Shown in pieces: positions 1 through 8,145 of a stretch of DNA of 14,783 nucleotides; the first letter of the stretch is position 1; every line of letters begins with the position of its first letter. A model generated the notes under the pieces. The model did not search any database. It was not told where the DNA came from and saw nothing but the letters and a program-made list of their open reading frames with translations. This stretch comes from Promethearchaeota archaeon (GTDB lineage: Archaea > Asgardarchaeota > Lokiarchaeia > Sigyniarchaeales > SOKP01), in contig JBHLLT010000047.1 of the NCBI GenBank assembly GCA_048938855.1, positions 1 through 14,783 on the forward strand, in the 5' to 3' direction. The position numbers and the translations under genes were made by a program.

Positions 1-14
1 ATTTTAGATAAAGT

Positions 15-797
15 TTACAATCTCTCATAAGAATAATGAGTATAGCATATTGAAAATCCTAACTTCTTATATGTATGAATAGCAGGAGCATTAGCCACCC
101 TTACTGTAATAAAACATTGTTCTTTATCTTGAAAGAATTCTTTCAAGGTCGATGAGATTAGCGAACTAGCATAGCCTTGGTTCCAGTAATCTGGATGAGT
201 CCCAACGACTGCTATATATCCAATACTTTCATATTTCCATATACTAACTATACAAATTAATTCTTTCTCTTTCATTATACCATACCATATATTATTTTCA
301 TCAATCAAGATATCCTCTGGATTGGGTGAACCCCAGAAAACAGGATCAGCAATTCTCATTAATGAAGTTATCTCTTCTCTATGAGATTCATCTAATTTTT
401 GGAATTTATATTTCTCAAAATCCTTTTGATCTCCTTTTTTTAAACCCATACGATACAGCGTAATTTCTTTTTTATGATCTGGAAAGAAGTTTGAGATCAA
501 TTTTTTATGGTTATCAAATCCAGTAATAGATATCGGGTTATATCTTTTACCATTTAGTAAAAATTCAAGACTTACAGCTTTTCCTCTCAATTGAATTCTG
601 CGATTTTCCCAGATTAAGATCATTCCTTGAATTTTTTCTTCTTTATCTAATGCCATATAGATTTCAGTATTTTCTGGATATTGAGCATAATCAGCATAAA
701 AAAAAAAGTATTCAGCAAAATTATTTTTAATATAATCATAGAAATCGGCTTCATTATCAGGCGTAAGTCGAATTGACTTTAAACTAGCACTCTTCAT
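15..797 (-). CDS. GNAT family N-acetyltransferase (C-terminal FR47-like GNAT domain)
   Basis: 260-aa ORF; acetyl-CoA motif A 'VGTHPDYWNQGYAS' and motif B 'NAPAIHTYKKLGF'; the N-terminal half may be a degenerate second GNAT-like domain. Confidence 0.9.
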   Translation of the reverse strand: MKSASLKSIRLTPDNEADFYDYIKNNFAEYFFFYADYAQYPENTEIYMALDKEEKIQGMILIWENRRIQLRGKAVSLEFLLNGKRYNPISITGFDNHKKLISNFFPDHKKEITLYRMGLKKGDQKDFEKYKFQKLDESHREEITSLMRIADPVFWGSPNPEDILIDENNIWYGIMKEKELICIVSIWKYESIGYIAVVGTHPDYWNQGYASSLISSTLKEFFQDKEQCFITVRVANAPAIHTYKKLGFSICYTHYSYERL

Positions 798-999
798 AGA
801 TTAATCTAATTATTTTATTTAATTATATTTTAATTAATTCTATTTTTAAAAATAAAAATAAATTGAAGAGCGCATTAAAATATTTCGAGTTAAAGCGGTA
901 TATTCTTACTAAAATGTTCTTGTGTTATAATATCTAGATTCTCATCTTTCTTAAAAATATATTAGTTCTAAATAAACTAAAGTTTTTTCAATACATCTT

Positions 1000-1197
1000 A
1001 ATTCCTCCCAACACTAAATAAACTTAATAAAAGTGAAGAATATAAGTAACATTAAGAAACCGCACGAGTGTGCGGCGTTTGAAAGAGGAACCAAAGGTTC
1101 AGGCTTAAGAAGTTCGGGTGACTGATGTATGTTTGGAGTGTTTCGAGATATATGGTGAGGGAGAATTTATTATAGAATAAGTTTTTTATTTTCTTTT
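1000..1197 (+). ncRNA. Candidate structured small RNA (element R1)
   Basis: GC/G-rich island in AT-rich intergenic DNA; hairpins CCGCAC-gagt-GTGCGG (1060-1075) and GAACC-aaa-GGTTC (1088-1100); possible closing stem 1000-1020/1149-1167; ATATAAGT at 1040-1047; U-tract 1182-1197; no meaningful ORF. The 5' end is uncertain. Confidence 0.45.
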
Positions 1198-1209
1198 AAG
1201 TATTTTTTC
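1182..1209 (+). terminator. Oligo-T archaeal terminator-like tract
   Basis: TTTTTTATTTTCTTTTAAGTATTTTTT follows the R1 island with no + strand CDS upstream. Confidence 0.4.
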
Positions 1210-1305
1210 AGTTATTAGGTTTGATTATTCTTTCTTAAAAGAACAATTGACAAAATTCAAAAATTATAAATTAGCATATTTTTATTATGATCAAAAACGA
1301 GTAGA

Positions 1306-1324
1306 GAAAAAAGCCTTTTAATAT
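1306..1324 (+). promoter_or_regulatory. Putative BRE/TATA promoter of the DUF6011 gene
   Basis: Purine-rich GAAAAAAG followed by TTTAATAT (1317-1324), about 24 nt upstream of the ATG at 1348. Confidence 0.45.
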
Positions 1325-1347
1325 ATTGTTATGAAAGGTAGTTAAAA

Positions 1348-1746
1348 ATGGTATTCTTATGTAAAAGATGTGGAAGAGTTTTAAAATCAGCTAGAAGCAT
1401 TAAATTAGGGTATGGACCCACATGTTATAGAATTGTAAAATCTCATGATAAACCTATTAATATACAAGAAGAAATTAAGTTCTTGAAAATAGAAATAAAT
1501 ATGTTAAAAAAAATCATCAGAGAATTAAAACCTAATATGGGTATCTCCTATCAAGCTATTCCAATAATGAGGATAAGAAATGAAGAGAAGAACCTCGAGA
1601 GAGATATAAATAAGGTGCAAATGAAAGAAGTAATTCAAGAATTAAAGAGTTGTTTTCAAAATTGTAATGGAGATATAAAAAACTTATTAAAACCGATCAA
1701 TACTGGATTAAATCTTATTAATAAATCTCAGTTAGCTATTGTTTAA
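1348..1746 (+). CDS. DUF6011-type zinc-finger protein with coiled coil
   Basis: N-terminal CKRCGRVLKSARSIKLGYGPTC matches the CxxCGRxLxxxxSxxxGxGPxC DUF6011 pattern; followed by heptad-like IQEEIKFLKIEINMLKKIIREL. Confidence 0.8.
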   Translation: MVFLCKRCGRVLKSARSIKLGYGPTCYRIVKSHDKPINIQEEIKFLKIEINMLKKIIRELKPNMGISYQAIPIMRIRNEEKNLERDINKVQMKEVIQELKSCFQNCNGDIKNLLKPINTGLNLINKSQLAIV

Positions 1747-1820
1747 TTCATTCAAAAGATATAATCATACAAATATTATAACCAAATTTTTTCCTTTTTT
1801 TTATTAATAATAAAAGTTTT

Positions 1821-2606
1821 TTAAAGATTTTCTTTAAGAACTCCAGGTAAGAAAAGTTGAGCATGAGACATAAGTAAAATATTTAGAACGTAGGTTATAT
1901 CGATTAATAGATTAAGATCTATATGTAATGTCCCATATCTAGCATTTCCTATTAACAGATCAGAAAAAACAAATAAACTTGATGCGATAACAATAAAATA
2001 ACGGAAAATTTTTGATCTTTGATTATATGCAAGCCCAAACCAAGATATACAAGCCATGGAACCAATAGCAATGACATAAGGGACTACTATTAATGATTCT
2101 GTGCCATTCCAAACAAGGATAAAAAAGACTAGTGGTATGAATATAATCCAAAATATTAGAGAAATTAAGAAGATTTTGCGAAGTTTTGGATGACTAAGTT
2201 GAATTGATGGGTTGATGATCACTATTCCAGAAAATGCTACTATTAGGGATATTTGCATTAAAAGATATATTATCATTCCAATAATAAAGTCATATGCAAT
2301 AACGATAGTGGCAACAAGTCCAACGATCATTGCGATGACAATCCAGTTTAAAAAGCGGTTTGGATTAAGTTGACGATTTTCTACAGGATTTGTCTTCTGA
2401 ATGATTTGTTTAAAATTAATAGAATCTAAAGAATAAAACCTTATAATTAGAGTTGAAATTGTTACTAAAATACTAGCTAGCCAGGCGATAATCAAAATTT
2501 TCGATCCTTGAATCTGATTAATCACTTCAGAAACTATAATCATTACAAAACCCGATATTCCTAAAATGATGGGCAAAATCATTCGCATTGATCTTTTATT
2601 AATCAT
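1821..2606 (-). CDS. YhhN/TMEM86 (lysoplasmalogenase-like) membrane protein
   Basis: About 8 hydrophobic helices; 'VPYVIAIGSM', 'SSLFVFSDLLIG' and 'ITY' resemble the YhhN C-terminal signatures (Y...I..M; LFxxSDxxL; TY). Confidence 0.7.
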   Translation of the reverse strand: MINKRSMRMILPIILGISGFVMIIVSEVINQIQGSKILIIAWLASILVTISTLIIRFYSLDSINFKQIIQKTNPVENRQLNPNRFLNWIVIAMIVGLVATIVIAYDFIIGMIIYLLMQISLIVAFSGIVIINPSIQLSHPKLRKIFLISLIFWIIFIPLVFFILVWNGTESLIVVPYVIAIGSMACISWFGLAYNQRSKIFRYFIVIASSLFVFSDLLIGNARYGTLHIDLNLLIDITYVLNILLMSHAQLFLPGVLKENL

Positions 2607-2890
2607 TCTTCTATCTCTTCATTCTAAGACAAATATTATACGTTTATATTCATGAAATTATTCAAAAATTTAAAAATTTTATTAATAGAAATGAGCATGC
2701 AGCCAAAAGTAGAAGAGGAGGTATTTTTCTCTTTTTTTATGCTATTTTTGCAGTTCAATATAGACAAGAGGGCTGAAGATAGAAAATGGATCAAGTAAAG
2801 ATAGAAAAAGTTCTATTGAGGAATTTCTATGAAATTTATATTTTTCAATTTTTATTATTAGTGTAAATCTTAAATTGTAATATAACAACA

Positions 2891-4024
2891 ATGATTAGTG
2901 AAGATTGTCTTATTTTTTATGGTTTTTCTCCTGAGACTACAAAATTTAGGCAAGTTTATACAGCAATCTCTGATTTTGTGAAGAATAAGAATAAAACTGA
3001 TCCTTCTGGCAGATTTAATTTTGTCTTATTTCTTCATGATGGACCAAATTATTTAAATCATTTTACTCTCGACTCAGAATATGTTCTAAAGACCTTAAAA
3101 TTAATAAAGGATGATATTATAAAAGCTAATACTTTTGAGGGCATTTTCATTGCTCTTTCTTTACTCATTGAAAATTTTAAAAGAACTCCAGAAAAATTAT
3201 TTCGATTACTAGTTCTATTGGATGAAAGTGCTTGCAGAATTCCCACTGATCAATTTCTCGTAATAGAAAAATTAGTTAAAAATCTTAGAAATCTACCATT
3301 TTATATAGATATAATAAGCATCGAGGCAAATAATCATGAACAGAATGAAACATTGAACAAAATAGCAACTTCTGGCAATGGCGAATTTTATCAGATAAAA
3401 AATGTTCAAGATCTGAAACCTTTATTAAATGAATTGGCAATAAAAAAGTTAAAAATGGATTATCTATACTCAAGATTTAAATTAAAAATCGGTCATAAAG
3501 AAGCCTATACTTTTTTTTTAAGCTTAGCTGATAACCCTAAGGCTTTTAATGAACATACTCATTGTTCAATTTGCTTTCAGGAAGATATCGAGGGCATTGT
3601 GCAATGTCCTTCATGTGGGACATTCGCACATAAAATTTGTTGGGCACAATGGGCTAAAAGCTCAATTATACAAGTGCCACATGTTTTTAGATGCCATAAC
3701 TGCTTTTATTTATTGAAACTTGATAAAACTTTTGTATTTAATGTTCAAATCGGAAAAATTCCTCCAATTGCAAAATTAAATAATATAAAAAAGAAAGATA
3801 TCAACAATTACTTAAAAGAATTAGAATCTCAAATTGAACCGAAGATTATAAAGTCTGAAGATCCAATGGTTGCAGAAGTTAGAGCGATAATTGAGTCAAA
3901 AAGGAGTAATTCAGAAATTATTCAAAATGATAAGATTATAACCGTTAATATCTGCCCAATTTGCAATAATATTATAATTGGTGAAATGAAAAATTGCGAA
4001 ATATGTGGTTTTTTTCTATTATAG
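2891..4024 (+). CDS. vWA-domain protein with C4HC3 RING/PHD-like finger and C-terminal zinc ribbon
   Basis: About aa 1-185 show a vWA pattern (FNFVLF, RLLVLLD, FYIDIISI, LNKIATSGNGEF); then CSIC-x10-CPSC-x4-HKIC-WAQW...CHNC; terminal CPIC-x10-CEICG. Confidence 0.8.
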   Translation: MISEDCLIFYGFSPETTKFRQVYTAISDFVKNKNKTDPSGRFNFVLFLHDGPNYLNHFTLDSEYVLKTLKLIKDDIIKANTFEGIFIALSLLIENFKRTPEKLFRLLVLLDESACRIPTDQFLVIEKLVKNLRNLPFYIDIISIEANNHEQNETLNKIATSGNGEFYQIKNVQDLKPLLNELAIKKLKMDYLYSRFKLKIGHKEAYTFFLSLADNPKAFNEHTHCSICFQEDIEGIVQCPSCGTFAHKICWAQWAKSSIIQVPHVFRCHNCFYLLKLDKTFVFNVQIGKIPPIAKLNNIKKKDINNYLKELESQIEPKIIKSEDPMVAEVRAIIESKRSNSEIIQNDKIITVNICPICNNIIIGEMKNCEICGFFLL

Positions 4025-4249
4025 AAATAAAATATACTTCGTCTTCTGTACTATTATTTTAATAACGATTTATTTTTACTACCATTATAAATACTATCAA
4101 GATAATGAGACAGCTATTGATTATACCAAGCTGCTGGAGCAGATGGAATATAATCAAGGAAACGTATCTCAATATGACTGTATCGTTAGGTCTTTTACCT
4201 TAACAAGTAGTTATACGTATTAAATTATTTTAATATAGAAAGCAAAAAC

Positions 4250-5638
4250 TTAACAGAAAGATGCCATTAAAGTTTCAATGTCTTCAATAGACTGGTCAAG
4301 TATATTCTTTATGTTATTTCCTATCTCTTGAGAGATTCTTCCATGTTCTAATAAAATGTTTACTTTACAAATTGCTCTTTGTAATTTGAATTGAAGACAA
4401 TCTAATATGTGATATGGGTTTTTTTCCATTAAAAGAAAAATAATAACGTAATTCAACTTCAAACATGAAGAACTTATCAAACATTGTAAACATCTCATTG
4501 AACAACCCTCCATATTATCTCCTATATAATCTAATAAATTTAGCAAGTTTATTTTAATGAATACAACCTCATAAACCAAGTCACTGTCTAAAGAAGCCCC
4601 AATCAGGATATAAATAGAGATTCTAATGTTGAGCAATTCATCACTTATAAATTTAGCTTCATCATCAGCTAATCCGTGTATATTTTTTACATGGCTTTCA
4701 GTAATCCATAGGAAAAATTCAGCTTTTAACATATATCCCACGCCTTTTTTGAGCTCTCCTTTTTCAAAGTAATAAAAGCCATCTTCTAAACTCTCCTGCG
4801 CTAAAGATAATTTATGAATCATACAATATTTGAAATTAAATTCTACATTCGATTCTATATAACTTTTTAAGCTTTCTATTTTACAAATTATAGATTGATA
4901 CAATTCATTCAAACCAATTTCGAATGTACCATAAATAGAAGAACTTAAAGAATCATTTTCTCTATCATCATCTGCATCACTAGCTTGAATTTCCACATTA
5001 TTTATGCCACATCCAGAGAGCCATTGATTTTTTAGCACAAAAATAAAATTGTTATCATTTACCTCTATATTTAAAGGAGTAATATCTTCCTCATTTACTA
5101 ATATATTAAATTCGCTTATTCCACTATAATCAAAAGCGCTTAAAGAAATAATTACAAATTCAAAATCAAACTCTATGATTAAATTAGATAATTCAGGAGG
5201 AGTTGCATCATCATCTATAATAAGAATAGTATCTGATGAGGATGCTTCTAAAGGATTTTTCTGTAGATTATTCTTAACTTCTACTACTATGGTGTGATTC
5301 CCTAAGCTACATGGAACCTCATATGTTCCAAAACAGTTTCCTATTAATATATCATCAATATAGACTTTAATTGTGTCAGGATTTATTCCACTTTCTTTGT
5401 CATACGCAAAAACTTCCCATGCCCCTGGGTTTTCATCTGTTCCCTCTCCTATTGGAAGATAATCAATAGTTATAACTGGTGGTGTTTTATCAACTTTTTC
5501 CTTTTTATTTTCATCTGGACCCTCTAATTTTTGATTTGGGTCTTCTGATTTAGATTGTAATACATTTACGCTTACTGAGGTTAAGGTGATGCCTAAAACT
5601 ACTGCTAATATAACGAACCCCGTTACATTTTTTTTCAA
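4250..5638 (-). CDS. Secreted or membrane-anchored protein with two Ig-like repeats and a helical C-terminal domain
   Basis: TTG start with GGGG SD-like motif (5647-5650); basic plus hydrophobic N-terminus; repeats start DKTPPVI and DDATPPEL and contain AYDKESGI / AFDYSGI; Cys/Leu-rich helical C-terminal half. Confidence 0.75.
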   Translation of the reverse strand: MKKNVTGFVILAVVLGITLTSVSVNVLQSKSEDPNQKLEGPDENKKEKVDKTPPVITIDYLPIGEGTDENPGAWEVFAYDKESGINPDTIKVYIDDILIGNCFGTYEVPCSLGNHTIVVEVKNNLQKNPLEASSSDTILIIDDDATPPELSNLIIEFDFEFVIISLSAFDYSGISEFNILVNEEDITPLNIEVNDNNFIFVLKNQWLSGCGINNVEIQASDADDDRENDSLSSSIYGTFEIGLNELYQSIICKIESLKSYIESNVEFNFKYCMIHKLSLAQESLEDGFYYFEKGELKKGVGYMLKAEFFLWITESHVKNIHGLADDEAKFISDELLNIRISIYILIGASLDSDLVYEVVFIKINLLNLLDYIGDNMEGCSMRCLQCLISSSCLKLNYVIIFLLMEKNPYHILDCLQFKLQRAICKVNILLEHGRISQEIGNNIKNILDQSIEDIETLMASFC

Positions 5639-5686
5639 AAAATTAACCCCTTTACTAATCCCAAGATCAAATATGAAACATACTGA

Positions 5687-5694
5687 TATTTAAA
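5687..5694 (-). promoter_or_regulatory. Putative TATA box
   Basis: TTTAAATA on the minus strand about 49 nt upstream of the 5638 start. Confidence 0.4.
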
Positions 5695-5797
5695 TTTATG
5701 GAGGAAAATTCAATTTATTTGTTTAAATTTTTCCATAATCTCATTAGGAAGGAATATCAGAGAGATTAAATCAAGATGGAACTGAAATATTTTTTTG

Positions 5798-5846
5798 TCG
5801 CACTAATAACACGAACAAACTTATTTTCGTTCTAATAACACAGACA
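5798..5846. repeat. Tandem imperfect direct repeat (29-bp period)
   Basis: TCG-ca-CTAATAACAC-ga-ACA (5798-5817) and TCG-tt-CTAATAACAC-ag-ACA (5827-5846). Confidence 0.6.
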
Positions 5847-5865
5847 TTTTTTACATATTATATGA

Positions 5866-6015
5866 TTTAGGATTGAAAAATTTCAAGTTCAACCAATTAC
5901 TCAAACTGTTGCTTCACAACCTGAACAAGATAATATAAAGGGCTATATTTTCTGCCCCAATTGCTGATCCAAATTAAGCGAAAAAGTTAAATTCTGTCCC
6001 GAGTACGGTTCGTAA
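5866..6015 (+). pseudogene. Decayed zinc-ribbon domain gene 3' remnant
   Basis: Frame reads ...QPEQDNIKGYIFCPNC*SKLSEKVKFCPEYGS*, against the usual FCPNCG..L....KFCPECG; TGA at 5965-5967 in the Gly position, TAC in the last Cys position, no start codon. Confidence 0.75.
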
Positions 6016-6177
6016 ATCAGTTTTTTATTACAATGAAACGTAAATATAAGTACACAATTAAGATACGATACTGTCTAAGAAACCATTCTTCGAAAATCAT
6101 GAAAATTAGCAAATTTTAATAGTTTATAAACCGAATTTTTAAATTTATTAACATTATCTTTTGAAATATAGGATTAG

Positions 6178-7011
6178 GTGGAATTGATGCAATTAAGTAT
6201 GGATTCAAAAATCAAATTAAATAATGATGTAGAAATACCCTTATTAGGACTTGGAACTTGGAATCTATTCGGGAATGATGCATATAATGCTGTTTTATGG
6301 GCGTTAGACCTTGGATATAGACTTATTGATACGGCTATGATATATAATAATGAGCGAGATGTTGGTAAAGCATTAAAAGATACTCAGATTCCTCGCGACG
6401 AGATTTTTGTTACTACAAAAGTATGGAATACAGACCAAGGGTATAAGAGTACTTTAAAAGCTTTTGAAAAAAGCCTTAAACGCTTAAACGTAGAATTTGT
6501 GGATCTTTATCTCATCCATTGGCCAGCAACACATCTAAGGAATGAAACTTGGAAGGCTTTAGAGAAAATTTATCAAGACGGAAAAGCACGCTCAATTGGT
6601 GTGAGTAATTATACAATACGCCATTTAAATGAACTATTGAGAATAACTAATACAATTCCAGCAGTTAATCAGTTTGAGCTTTCGCCATTTTTATTTCAGA
6701 AAGATTTAATTGATTATTGTAATGAAAGAAAAATCGCGGTTGAAGCATATAGTCCGTTAACTAGAGGAAGGAAATTCGATAATGAATTACTTCAATCATT
6801 AGGGAAAAAGTACAATAAATCTTCTGCTCAGATTTTAATCAGATGGGGCATACAACAGAATTTTATAGAGATTCCTAAATCTGGAAATAAAGAGCATTTA
6901 AAAGAGAATGCAGATATATTTGATTTTAGTTTAGATAATGAAGATATGATTAATCTTAATAACTTAAGTAATGATTACAGAATCGGTGAGGATCCTCATT
7001 TAATAGATTAG
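6178..7011 (+). CDS. Aldo/keto reductase (AKR5 / 2,5-diketo-D-gluconate reductase-like)
   Basis: LGLGTW, GYRLIDTAMIY, IFVTTKVW, VDLYLIHWP, SIGVSNY, IPKS motifs; D-Y-K-H tetrad intact. The true start may be the ATG at 6187. Confidence 0.95.
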   Translation: MELMQLSMDSKIKLNNDVEIPLLGLGTWNLFGNDAYNAVLWALDLGYRLIDTAMIYNNERDVGKALKDTQIPRDEIFVTTKVWNTDQGYKSTLKAFEKSLKRLNVEFVDLYLIHWPATHLRNETWKALEKIYQDGKARSIGVSNYTIRHLNELLRITNTIPAVNQFELSPFLFQKDLIDYCNERKIAVEAYSPLTRGRKFDNELLQSLGKKYNKSSAQILIRWGIQQNFIEIPKSGNKEHLKENADIFDFSLDNEDMINLNNLSNDYRIGEDPHLID

Positions 7012-7262
7012 GATATACTTGCAAATTTAACAGAGTTAGTTAATTTCTGGTACTGGAATTCCTAAAAAAGAAACGCTTTATAATATTCATTGAGAGACAA
7101 GCTAAACATACTAAATTTTCTTTTATTGCTATACTAACTGTGATTTAGTCTTTTGGGCATCTTTTATTTCTTGTTCGAGAGCGATCTGACGTTCTTGAAC
7201 GCTATGGTTAGCTGATTCAATACTTTTTTATCTGCTTTAGTATTTAAATAGTTCTCATTGGT

Positions 7263-8105
7263 TTAACACCAATTTTTGAACAATTTACTAATGTGATCTG
7301 CTATTTTATTTGAAGTTATATCGCACATTCCCAGAGGACTTGAAGAATCAAAATGAAGAATTAAAAATTCTCTGTTTACTATTTCTTTAGTAAAGACTTT
7401 GCATCCATCTTCTAAAACATGTATCATTAAAGGAAGATTTGAATATCCCAACTGGAGTCTAATTTCTAATTCTTTTAAAGCACGCCTAAATAGCTTCTGT
7501 GACAAACTGAAATTTATTGAGTTTCCAGTAACAAATAATAATGCGGCTCCCAGAATCTCATCTTCAGAGATCAACTCATGAAGATAATTTTCGACTTCTT
7601 TGTAATATCCTTCATAACTATCTATTTCCCATTCTCCTGACATTATTGAATCAACAGCGGTATCTAATTCATTACTTTTTATTACAAAGTAATCTTTAGT
7701 AGCATCCCACACCGTTTTGGGAGTTCCTTTGACCCTAGCTGGCACTAAATCTTCATAAATATTGTAAAATTGCGTCATTACCATAATTAAATTGTTTCTT
7801 AAAAACACCTTGTTCTCGTCAATATCAGCCAAGAGACAAAAGATAAGATTTTGCTTTGGGTTTTCTATGAAATCTTTACTTGATATAAATAGTAGATTCA
7901 CATTCACCATTTCAAGACTTTCCATTTTTTCTGAAGTAACCTCTTCAGCAAATGAAAAAAACGCTGCAAAGAAATTAGTTACTAAATCAATATCTACCTT
8001 TTCAAATTTGTTTGTAAAATTTCTATTATAAATACAAATTCCTGTATCTCTAAGGATAAATAAGCTATGGATCTTCTTCTTCGCTAATTTCAAAATCTCA
8101 TTCAT
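7263..8105 (-). CDS. Longin + roadblock/LC7 domain fusion protein
   Basis: N-terminal IHSLFILRDTGICIYNRNF...DLVTNFFAAFFSFAEEV is the Asgard longin pattern; C-terminal EILGAALLFVTGNSI...FLILHFDSSSPLGM...KIADHI is the roadblock pattern. Confidence 0.8.
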   Translation of the reverse strand: MNEILKLAKKKIHSLFILRDTGICIYNRNFTNKFEKVDIDLVTNFFAAFFSFAEEVTSEKMESLEMVNVNLLFISSKDFIENPKQNLIFCLLADIDENKVFLRNNLIMVMTQFYNIYEDLVPARVKGTPKTVWDATKDYFVIKSNELDTAVDSIMSGEWEIDSYEGYYKEVENYLHELISEDEILGAALLFVTGNSINFSLSQKLFRRALKELEIRLQLGYSNLPLMIHVLEDGCKVFTKEIVNREFLILHFDSSSPLGMCDITSNKIADHISKLFKNWC

Positions 8106-8145
8106 AATTTTACACCTAATCCGTTTTTATATGAAAAAAAATTGG

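Noticed and set aside
1057-1167. R1 as tRNA, C/D or H/ACA guide, or SECIS
   Set aside because: GTTC words are present but no cloverleaf forms; CTGA is present without a proper C box; no ACA/K-turn arrangement and no selenoprotein nearby.
2691-2798. 35-aa + strand ORF upstream of the vWA gene
   Set aside because: Short, crosses a T-rich tract, no motif.
3058-3473. Antisense ORFs 3058-3246 and 3285-3473
   Set aside because: Shadows of the vWA gene with no recognisable motifs.
4005-4223. 72-aa + strand ORF
   Set aside because: Overlaps the vWA gene end, has a low-complexity AT-driven N-terminus and no recognisable family; not excluded, but unsupported.
5965-5967. In-frame TGA after CPNC as selenocysteine
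   Set aside because: It occupies the conserved Gly position, not a Cys; the frame also has a Cys-to-Tyr lesion and no start.
7023-7047. Similarity of AAATTTaacAGAGTTAGTtAATTTC to 14571-14591
   Set aside because: Needs two gaps, is very AT-rich and partly overlaps sdaAB-derived sequence; likely chance.
7399-8031. Antisense ORFs 7399-7581 and 7792-8031
   Set aside because: Shadows of the longin-roadblock gene.
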